From: Naegleria gruberi | Lineage: Eukaryota | DNA length: 64,000 nucleotides | NCBI GenBank assembly: GCA_000004985.1 | Contig: GG738866.1 | Direction: 5' to 3' (one strand) | Part shown: in pieces, positions 55,833 through 64,000 of the stretch | Layout: the number at the start of each line of letters is the position of its first letter | How positions within the stretch are numbered: the first letter of the stretch is position 1 | Translations under genes and position numbers: made by a program | The notes under the pieces: model-generated | Database searches by the model: none | Told to the model about the DNA's origin: nothing | What the model saw: only the letters and a program-made list of their open reading frames with translations

Positions 55833-56861
55833 ATGTCCAATAATAATTTGAGAAAGACGAGTGAGGATCCAAAGAAGAGTGTGCAACCATCTTCATCCAA
55901 ATCCACTCCAAAACCTAATCCGATGACAAAAACCTCATCTTCCTCTTCATTGAATGCATCATCTTCCTCTGCTGCAAAAAAGAAGGAACAACCAACAAAT
56001 TCATCTAGCAAACCATCTTCATCCTCCTCATCCAATTCAACATCTTCATCCTCTAGGAAACCTCCAAGTGGTGCCTCATCCACCACTTCTGCTGCTCCTT
56101 TGAAAAAACAAACCAGTTCCAATTCCTTGTCATCTTCATCCTCTCAAAAATCCTCTTCCACCACAAGTAATAACAGCAGCAACACTTCCACCAAGAAATC
56201 CACCACCAATAATTCAGAATCAAGCTCTAGCAAATCAACTAGTTCTGGAACAACACCTAGAAAATCCAAGGACGACAAGACTATTCCACCATCCCCATCA
56301 AGAAGAAAATCAGCAACATCAGCCTCTTCATCATCCCCAATGAATGGAGTTAAAAGAAAGAGAATTACAGATTCTTCCTCCGAATTACAAGGATTGAAGG
56401 GTGAAGTTGCTCGTGGTCGTTCAGACAAGATTTCCAATCTTCTTGGAGATTCCATCGAAGAAAAGAAACGTAAAAAAACTAAAATTATTGATGACGATGA
56501 AACCAATGAGGATAAATCTGAAGTCAAGAAGAATTCCTCCAATAATAAGGACACTAGTAGCAGCAGTGGCAATAATAGTGAAAATAAGAAATCTAGCACT
56601 ACCACTAGTCATAAGAAATCCTCTTCTCATGTCAGTAGTGTGAGACCTCAATCATCATCAAGTCAAACTAAGGAATTGAAACACCATCAAAGAAAAACTC
56701 AAAACTCTATCAAGAAACATTTCATTTCAGTAGATAGACCAGATTTAGAAAATGATTTTCCAGACAATGATCTCACAACTGATTCCTCTGTTGTTCTATT
56801 CGATAATCAAATGTATTTGAGAACTGTTTATGAAATAATAAAGGAAAAGAGAAAATTGTAA
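55833..56861 (+). CDS. Ser-rich low-complexity protein, function unknown
   Basis: The track ORF begins at a TTG (55821); ATG at 55833 ('MSNNNLRKTSEDPKK'). About 250 aa are dominated by Ser/Thr/Lys. The ordinary-composition C-terminus is 'KKHFISVDRPDLENDFPDNDLTTDSSVVLFDNQMYLRTVYEIIKEKRKL'. Confidence 0.5.
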   Translation: MSNNNLRKTSEDPKKSVQPSSSKSTPKPNPMTKTSSSSSLNASSSSAAKKKEQPTNSSSKPSSSSSSNSTSSSSRKPPSGASSTTSAAPLKKQTSSNSLSSSSSQKSSSTTSNNSSNTSTKKSTTNNSESSSSKSTSSGTTPRKSKDDKTIPPSPSRRKSATSASSSSPMNGVKRKRITDSSSELQGLKGEVARGRSDKISNLLGDSIEEKKRKKTKIIDDDETNEDKSEVKKNSSNNKDTSSSSGNNSENKKSSTTTSHKKSSSHVSSVRPQSSSSQTKELKHHQRKTQNSIKKHFISVDRPDLENDFPDNDLTTDSSVVLFDNQMYLRTVYEIIKEKRKL

Positions 56862-57850
56862 GGGAGATTCACCTATTTGTATGATTTTGTAAATTCAATT
56901 AACACGTGTTGTGTTCTGTCATTCAGTACGGAATTGTTTCCGTCAATATTAAACATTATAAAGCAATAATGCACTCACAACTTGTGATTGTATTCTGAAA
57001 TGAAACACTCAATCTTTTTGTGTCGATTTACTCTTTGATTTTGAAACATCATCAGAATTCGGTACTCTTGGAACTTGTCCAATAGTATGAGAGGATGATA
57101 GGAATTGGATTATAATTATGCTGTAATACATTATTATCGTTGTTTCAATTGGTTACATCAATAAATTGAAAGTGGCTAATCATCCACATGCCTTGAATTG
57201 TTGAAAGGCAATTACATGAAATGGATGGCAGTCAATCAATTCATTCAATGATAATGTTATTATTGCAGCTTGTGTGCTGACGTTAGAACTTTATTGTAAA
57301 TTGTGTAGGCTCATGTTAATAAAATCCATCACTGAACATCCATCTTTCTACAATTTGTATTACACATCCCATTCAAAAGAGAGGTGCAATTTTAATGTAG
57401 AATCACCAATTAGTTGTTTCATACAAAGTTCTCTGTGTATTAAAGTTTTGCTTGACATCGCTGCTGCTGGAATCATCAACGGTACGATAAAGGAACGCAT
57501 ACACAAGCAACGTTTTGTAAAGAACACAAAAAAACAAAGCATTAAAAAAAAATTCTTCAAGCTCCTTCTCAACTAAGAGCCAAAGAAAACAGGCGTAGTA
57601 TCTTATACATTATTAACTTCGCGCAATCTAGCACAATCCAGAATCTTTTTGATTTGTTTGAAGCAAAAGCTGTCTTTTTTCCCATTGATAGCTATCAAAA
57701 TATTATCAAGTATTATTAACAAGTAATAGTTTATTATTATTCGTTCTACTACAAAGCTAATCTATACAAAGTAGTAGCAAAAACTATTTCCTACAACAAA
57801 ATTTTCTCAACCATATTGCAATTATCCACCTCATCTTGTAAATACAGAAA

Positions 57851-59707
57851 ATGAGTACAAGCACGAACAGAACCCATCCTGTTATTCAGCAGCCACCATC
57901 TGATCAAAAAAGTAGTTCTAGACCACCATCAAAACAACCAGGTGGATCAAGAGGAGGTAAACAAACAGTCTATAGCAGCAGTAACAGTACTTCTAGCACC
58001 AACACAACAAGTAGCGCCAATACAACCAATAATTCTACTAACAATGTGGCCAGTAACGGTTCAGGTAGCAATAACAACAGCAGAAATAGAAGATACTATA
58101 ACAACAATACAACCAATAACAATTCTAACTCCTCAGCAAGTAATTTAAACAACAACAATAATAATAATCAAAATAGAAACAACCAAAACACCAACAATAA
58201 TCAAAGTAATACCAACAATAATAACAACAATAGAGGAGGAAGATTCAATTCAAAGCAATCATACAACCATCATCGTAATCTCCTGGAGAATATGAACAAA
58301 GTTAATGAGAATCTCCACCAAGAAATACCTCAACAATCAACAACCACTCCATCCACCTCCGTCCCTACCACTTCTCCAACTACCGCTCCAAAATTGTCAT
58401 ATTCAGCAATTGTTGGTGGACAAACAGTCACTGACGATATCAACGAACTAGATACTCATAAACCATCCAACTTGGCTATTGCTAAAGAATTGGTTCAAGA
58501 CGAATTATGGAAAGATAAGCTTAGTTTGCCACCTAGAGATGACCGTATGCAAACTGAAGATGTTACACTTACCAAAGGTTCTGACTTTGAAGAATTCGGC
58601 TTAAAGAGAGAATTATTGATGGGTATCTTTGAAAAGGGTTTCGAAAGACCATCTCCCATCCAAGAACAAACTGTCCCATTAGCTCTTTTCGGTAGAGACA
58701 TTTTGGCCAGAGCCAAGAACGGTACTGGTAAGACTGCTGCTTTCATTATTCCTTGTCTTGAAAGAGTTGATACTTCAAAGAATCAAATCCAAATTTTGAT
58801 TTTGGTTCCAACAAGAGAATTGGCTTTGCAAACAAGTCATGTTTGTAAAGAAATCGGAAAGTACCTCAACGTTGAAGTCATGGTTACCACAGGTGGTACT
58901 TCTTTGAAAGATGATATTGTTAGACTTTACAAGCCTGTTCACATTCTCGTAGGTACACCAGGTAGAATTATCGATCTTGCTAGCAAGGGTGTTGCTAACT
59001 TGAACAATGTTTCCATGTTGGTCATGGATGAAGCTGACAAACTTTTGAGTCCTGAATTTGTTCCATTGATTGAAAAACTTATTTCATTCGTTCCTCCATC
59101 TCGTCAAATCCTCTTATTCTCTGCTACCTTCCCAATTACTGTTAAGGACTTTAGAGACAAATGGCTCACCAAACCATACGAAATCAATTTGATGGACGAG
59201 TTAACACTCAAAGGTGTAACCCAATACTATGCCTTTGTCGAAGAAAGACAAAAAGTTCACTGTCTTAACACTTTATTCTCTAAGCTACAAATCAACCAAT
59301 CTATTATCTTCTGTAACTCTGTTAACAGAGTTGAATTGTTGGCCAAGAAGATTACTGAACTTGGTTATAGTTGTTTCTACATCCATGCCAAGATGCCACA
59401 AGATTTGAGAAACCGTGTCTTCCACGACTTTAGAAATGGTGCTTGCAGAAACTTGGTGTCTTCCGACTTGTTCACCAGAGGTATCGATATTCAAGCTGTT
59501 AACGTTGTTATCAACTTTGACTTCCCAAAGAACTCTGAAACCTATCTCCACAGAATCGGTAGATCTGGTAGATATGGTCACTTGGGTTTGGCAATTAACT
59601 TTGTTACCTATGAAGACAGATTTAACTTGTACAAGATTGAACAAGAATTGGGTACTGAAATTAAGCCAATACCTCCAACTATTGACAAGAATTTGTATGT
59701 CGCTTAA
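57851..59707 (+). CDS. DDX6: DEAD-box ATP-dependent RNA helicase of the DDX6/Dhh1/Me31B family with a ~230-aa Asn/Ser/Thr-rich N-terminal extension
   Basis: 618-aa single-exon ORF. Q-motif '[28 protein letters not shown]', I '[11 protein letters not shown]', Ia 'PTRELALQ', II '[10 protein letters not shown]', III 'SAT', VI '[42 protein letters not shown]'. The helicase core is near-identical in motif content to the Dhh1/DDX6 subfamily. Confidence 0.9.
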   Translation: MSTSTNRTHPVIQQPPSDQKSSSRPPSKQPGGSRGGKQTVYSSSNSTSSTNTTSSANTTNNSTNNVASNGSGSNNNSRNRRYYNNNTTNNNSNSSASNLNNNNNNNQNRNNQNTNNNQSNTNNNNNNRGGRFNSKQSYNHHRNLLENMNKVNENLHQEIPQQSTTTPSTSVPTTSPTTAPKLSYSAIVGGQTVTDDINELDTHKPSNLAIAKELVQDELWKDKLSLPPRDDRMQTEDVTLTKGSDFEEFGLKRELLMGIFEKGFERPSPIQEQTVPLALFGRDILARAKNGTGKTAAFIIPCLERVDTSKNQIQILILVPTRELALQTSHVCKEIGKYLNVEVMVTTGGTSLKDDIVRLYKPVHILVGTPGRIIDLASKGVANLNNVSMLVMDEADKLLSPEFVPLIEKLISFVPPSRQILLFSATFPITVKDFRDKWLTKPYEINLMDELTLKGVTQYYAFVEERQKVHCLNTLFSKLQINQSIIFCNSVNRVELLAKKITELGYSCFYIHAKMPQDLRNRVFHDFRNGACRNLVSSDLFTRGIDIQAVNVVINFDFPKNSETYLHRIGRSGRYGHLGLAINFVTYEDRFNLYKIEQELGTEIKPIPPTIDKNLYVA

Positions 59708-60251
59708 GCTGATTTAATTTATTATCAAACAGCCCTAAGAGTTGTTTCTCTCAAAAGGAGACAATTTTCCTCCCACCAAATCTTTTCTCCCTCCAAATTT
59801 GTATTACATGGTTCCTTTCTATAAGCTCTCAACGCCATAACCTAATCAATATTTCACTATTATTCAAACAGTGTCATATTTTGAACCATGTGAGTCTTAA
59901 ATATCCGAGAGCTTGGGCATTCTTTGCTCCTATTCATATTATTGGTGCTAATAAATGTTTCTTCACCAAGTTTTTTATTATCTTATTCTCTTCATGAAAA
60001 ACAATTCACTTTTGCAGTAGAAATGAAATTGATACAACATTCTTCTACAGAATAGATTTATTTCATAATTTGAAAATTATTTTTAAATTTCAATTACAAA
60101 TATCAAATGCCTTTTATAACTACATGGAAAGAACCAGGTGGTAATATTAAGGGCAAACGTAATTATTGTAAATAATAACAATGAATCCAATTTAACCTTC
60201 CAATTCACATCAAATTAGAATCCAACACAATTAACAAAAAATCAAAAAAAA

Positions 60252-62246
60252 ATGGGCGACATGATTTTCGATCAGTTGGAAGACTTGGGAAACGATACCT
60301 TCTCAGAGTTTGAACCAGTCGGTTTTAATACCTCCTCCATATCTATCAATTGTGGAAGTTCGAATGGTGCTCCATCTAGTCCATACTATTACGGGTCCGA
60401 TTATATTAGTAACGGAAGTGTAGAGGCTGAAGATTCATCCATGATGATGGCTTTCGATGGTGCTACTACTAATAATAATGGAAATTCAGCTAGTGGATCA
60501 AATTCTCTATCATCCAGTTATAATAGTAGTGGTATGATGATGCCATATCATACAGCTCCTCCATCACCTTCAAATTATTCTCATGATGGAAGTTATCAAA
60601 ATATGCCTTCCGAATATAATAGCATGATGGATCATCATGGTTATTCTGATTCTAATTATTCAAATAATCAATCAATGAATTCATCTGCTCATCATCATCA
60701 ATATCAACAACACTATCAACAACAACAACAAAATTCATATAGACACTCTGATATTGTATATAATAATAATGAATCATTTGAGTTTGTAGAGAGAAAGCAA
60801 ACATTGCCATCTATTAGTGGTCAATATCATCCATCGACAGTTCCAATGGGTCAATTACCACCAAATGTTTTGGGAGATTTATTGGTAAAGAATGTTTTCA
60901 TTCAAGATCATACAGGAAAGAATTTAGATAGTACTTCTATCAGTAATTGCATTTTGAAATGTCAATCTGGGTTTTTTGGTATGGTTTTTGAAGATAGCTT
61001 TTATGGACCTTCCATTTCTCAATTCTATCCAAGTGATATTGTAACTGTTGTAAGACAATGTGATAGAATTGGTGTTTATGTTCAATTTAGAAGATTTTTA
61101 ACTTGTAAAAATGTAGCAATGGATGGACTCAAATCAAGATTTCCATCACTTCAAGATTATCAATGGGCCAATTATGCTGATGAACATACTTGGACAGATT
61201 CTAGAGCTCAATTCTATAAGGACAGTCCTTTGAGTACTTGTCTCTATTTAATGATTGAATTTTACAATGATAATCAAATTCAATATTTATTCCACTATTT
61301 TGAAAATTCGATAAGACTCTTGGAGTGTCTCAAGATGGTCTATCCACAATGGATGTTTTGCGCTCATTTCTGTACATCGAATGATGTTCAACTCATTTGT
61401 TTGGCAGTTCAAAATAAGCAATTCTCTAAGGAAATTGACAATTATGTTAGTGTGCAGGCAAGTGAATCGAGTGTACATGATCAAACAGTTGAAAGTTCTA
61501 TACTTCCTGATTTGAATGAAAAGCAGGAACCAATCTCTTCAAGAACTGGATTCACAGCCAAGTGGGCTAAGAAGGCCAACTCTAATGTTCAAGTGGGAGT
61601 TCTGACCACCATGAAGCAATATCACTTTAAGAATAAGAATACTAAATCTTCTTCATCAAGAAATAGAAGATCTATGATTGACTTTAAGAAGATTGAACTT
61701 GTTGTACCTCCAAACTTTTACAATATGGCTCTTGAGGTTAGAAAGTTCTGTGAAGAGCTTCTTGTTGGTGGTAGAATTTTACCTTATCAATTGAGTGTTG
61801 GATTGTGTAGTACACTTGCCATTGCCCAAACCGATCAAGCCAAGGTTAGAGCTCAACAAGTTCTCAAATCTCTCTCCAAGCATCCAAATGTTCAATTGAA
61901 GAACATGTCAGCCATTGCAAGATTTATTTTATCATCTAACGAAAAGTCTACTCCTAACTTGAAAGAACAAACAAAAATACCATCTTCCAACTCTTCTACC
62001 ACACTTGTTACAAGCTCCTCGTCTTCTTCCCTCATCGAACATACTCCACAAAGAAAGAAGAGCATTTCTAACTATGATGAAACGCTCAATCTTTTCAGTA
62101 AGCTGCGTCTGACAAATAATGAACAATCAGAGTATGGTAAGAATTCATCCTCCTCCTCAGCTAGCTCACAAGTTACAAGAAGAAACAGCTCAGCTTCAAG
62201 TAATGGCTTGAAAAATGCTGAAAGAGATGGCTGCATCATTTCATAA
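60252..62246 (+). CDS. Hypothetical protein (Ser/Asn/Tyr/His-rich N-terminal region, Cys-containing central region)
   Basis: 664-aa uninterrupted ORF with an ATG start. Central ordinary-composition region 'LGDLLVKNVFIQDHTGKNLD...CDRIGVYVQFRRFLTCKNVAMDGLKSRF...YLMIEFYNDNQIQYLFHYFENSIRLLECLKMVYPQWMFCAHFC'. No motif recognised. Confidence 0.5.
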   Translation: MGDMIFDQLEDLGNDTFSEFEPVGFNTSSISINCGSSNGAPSSPYYYGSDYISNGSVEAEDSSMMMAFDGATTNNNGNSASGSNSLSSSYNSSGMMMPYHTAPPSPSNYSHDGSYQNMPSEYNSMMDHHGYSDSNYSNNQSMNSSAHHHQYQQHYQQQQQNSYRHSDIVYNNNESFEFVERKQTLPSISGQYHPSTVPMGQLPPNVLGDLLVKNVFIQDHTGKNLDSTSISNCILKCQSGFFGMVFEDSFYGPSISQFYPSDIVTVVRQCDRIGVYVQFRRFLTCKNVAMDGLKSRFPSLQDYQWANYADEHTWTDSRAQFYKDSPLSTCLYLMIEFYNDNQIQYLFHYFENSIRLLECLKMVYPQWMFCAHFCTSNDVQLICLAVQNKQFSKEIDNYVSVQASESSVHDQTVESSILPDLNEKQEPISSRTGFTAKWAKKANSNVQVGVLTTMKQYHFKNKNTKSSSSRNRRSMIDFKKIELVVPPNFYNMALEVRKFCEELLVGGRILPYQLSVGLCSTLAIAQTDQAKVRAQQVLKSLSKHPNVQLKNMSAIARFILSSNEKSTPNLKEQTKIPSSNSSTTLVTSSSSSSLIEHTPQRKKSISNYDETLNLFSKLRLTNNEQSEYGKNSSSSSASSQVTRRNSSASSNGLKNAERDGCIIS

Positions 62247-62406
62247 TACACCAATTAAAGAACATTGTAAATAATTTAAATGTAAAATCCAGATCTTCTA
62301 TCAATAGGATTCAGTCCCTTACTATGAAATTCATTTTCTATTTATTCAAATCCTTTTGTAAAACTCTTTATTTCAAAGGAAGTAAAAGTAAATATACACA
62401 TTTATT

Positions 62407-63966
62407 TTATGAGACAACATTTCTTAGCAGGTTTTCCAATAATTTATCGTTTTGAATGACAGTACTCTTCAGCGAGTTGATCTTTTCCAATTTATCCAAA
62501 ATATTTTGCTCCAATTCTCTCAGTTGAGCTTGGACTGAGGAAACTTCTTGGTCAGTTTTCAGTCTTTCTTCTATTAATCGCTGTCTCTGAACTTCCACTT
62601 CCTTTCTCCACATGTCATGTTCTCTTTGCATACTGTCTAAATCTTCTTGAATGTAATCCATAGTTTTACCAAGAGGATTCACCTTGGAAACAATTGTTTG
62701 AATTTGTTCTCTCAAACTTGATAATTCTGTTGTTGTTTGTTCTTTATCCTTTTCCTTCTTACCAGTTTGCAGAACAATTCCCTTTACAGGTTCGTCACTG
62801 CTCTTTTGAGGAACAGTCTTACCTTGGGATCGTTTCTTTTCAATATCATTCTCATTTTCCATCAATTTACTCATCAAACTACCCTTTTGTTCGGTTGTAA
62901 CTTGCACAGATGATCGAACTGCATTCTTTTCAATGATAATTTGTTCCTCTTCCTTTTCTTCAGTATCATCAGTGATTAAGCCTTCAGCCCCTTTTGGTTC
63001 AATTTGGGCCTTCTCTGTTGGCATTTCCTGAGTATCAATAGTTCTTACATTGGTCTTAATTTTTGGTGGAGCTCTTCTTGCAGATTGACCTCTAGATGAG
63101 AAAGGTCTGGAATATTGAGCGAGATTTGGGTCATCCATTTGTCCTTGCATTTGCTCCTCTTGATTGCTGGGCGTAGAAGGTTTAGAAACTTCTCTTCCAG
63201 AACTTGGTCTAGAGTTGTTAGCAGGTTTTGGTTGTTGCATATCGATTGATGTTGGGGTTGTTGATCTATCATCTTTAGATGGTGTTGGTGGTTTTGTTTG
63301 AACTGGTTGTTGAGGTTTTGATGTTGACTCATTTTGTGGATTTACAGTAGTTGGAGATGTTGGTGATGGTTGTTGTGATTGTTGAGTTTGTTGAGTTTGT
63401 TGTGTTGTAGGTCTTGCTTGACCTGTTGTTTGTTGTGTTGTAGGCCTTGCTCCAGCTCCTTCAGGTGCTGAATCTTCACGTTCAGTAACATCCTTGTATT
63501 TTCCAGATTTAATTCTTTCAATTGCCTCCTTATATTTGTATTTATCCTTATTTCCAGCAGCTGTAGCAAGAGCTTTGAAGAATAAACAAGTGTTTTTTGG
63601 ATTTTCCTTTCCTTTGATTAATAAATCAACTTTTACATTCACATTCTTTCTGATGGTATGAACTACAACGTTAATTAATTGTTTTAAGAATAACGTTTTT
63701 TCGTCGGTGTTCTAAATTTCAAGATCAACAATTTTTGAATTCATCAAACTGCTTACCATTTCCTTTTTTAAAAACTCATCATCAAACAATCCTTCAGGAT
63801 AACCCGTTTCCTTTTTCAAATGAAAAACAACAGCGGCAATAAACTTGGTTGGAGGTTTTGCCAAATGTTTTTCCTGAATAGGTGGTTTGGAAATGAGAGC
63901 TTCAAGTTCTTGTTTTGTCTTTGAGAGAGCCTTCTTAGTCTCCTCATCATAGTTTTCATCACTCAT
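62407..63966 (-). CDS. IFT54: Intraflagellar transport protein 54 (IFT54/TRAF3IP1/MIP-T3 ortholog), 2 exons
   Basis: Exons (minus) 63966..63757 and 63645..62407; intron 63646..63756 (111 nt, GTAAGC...GAAAG, phase 0). The N-terminal domain matches MIP-T3: 'LISKPPIQEKHLAKPPTKFIAAVVFHLKKETGYPEGLFDDEFLKKEM|NVNVKVDLLIKGKENPKNTCLFFKALATAAG', compared with human '[54 protein letters not shown]'. Middle region is Thr/Gln/Pro-rich. C-terminal coiled-coil 'LSSLREQIQTIVSKV...LDSMQREHDMWRKEVEVQRQRLIEERLK'. Confidence 0.8.
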
Positions 63967-64000
63967 TTTTTTTCAGTTAATGAGTTGTACTTTTCGTTGG

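Noticed and set aside
55799-56605. Minus-strand ORFs of 107 and 153 aa (Glu/Leu/Asp-rich) opposite the Ser-rich gene
   Set aside because: Mirror-image low-complexity artefacts of the TCT/TCA/TCC-rich sense strand; no start context or motifs.
14784-64000. A prokaryotic operon or defence-system reading of the window (histidine kinase plus receiver, cyclase, esterase)
   Set aside because: Spliceosomal introns with GTATGT/GTAAGT donors restore frame and conserved motifs in at least nine genes. A eukaryotic tRNA with no encoded CCA and a Pol III oligo-T are present, as are eukaryote-specific genes (AP-5 mu, IFT54, SPC25, DDX6, F-box). There is no Shine-Dalgarno or operon structure.
14784-64000. 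Mobile elements (transposase, reverse transcriptase, integrase, LTR/TIR)
   Set aside because: No ORF shows RT, RNase H, integrase or transposase motifs. The only repeats are a 34-nt intergenic direct repeat and coding tandem repeats.

Overview
Bases 1-14783 are an unresolved gap (N run). The remaining ~49 kb (14784-64000) is gene-dense nuclear DNA from an AT-rich eukaryote; I place it loosely among flagellated lower eukaryotes (early-diverging fungus or amoebozoan-like protist) and cannot name a lineage. It is not prokaryotic: several genes are interrupted by short spliceosomal introns (GTATGT, GTAAGT or GTAGGT donors, AG acceptors, 40-190 nt, one of about 460 nt) that restore frame and rebuild conserved motifs. 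There is a canonical eukaryotic tRNA-Thr(AGU). Proteins carry long Asn/Ser/Thr/Gln low-complexity tracts. I count about 27 protein-coding genes, roughly one per 1.8 kb. Named genes are an AP-5 mu ortholog, an IFT54/TRAF3IP1 ortholog (which implies cilia or flagella), a DDX6/Dhh1 helicase, sulfiredoxin, signal-peptidase subunit SPC25, a Zn2Cys6 transcription factor, a metallophosphoesterase, a secreted bacterial-type PHB-depolymerase-family esterase and a DUF4116 protein. There is also a signalling neighbourhood holding a hybrid histidine kinase, a TM-HAMP-PAS sensor, a receptor-type protein with a degenerate class III cyclase domain, and an F-box/Rab-like GTPase fusion. I found no mobile elements, rRNA or CRISPR arrays. 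Several ORFs in the track are exons of one gene, and I merged them. The exon coordinates are my own reading of the sequence and need transcript support.
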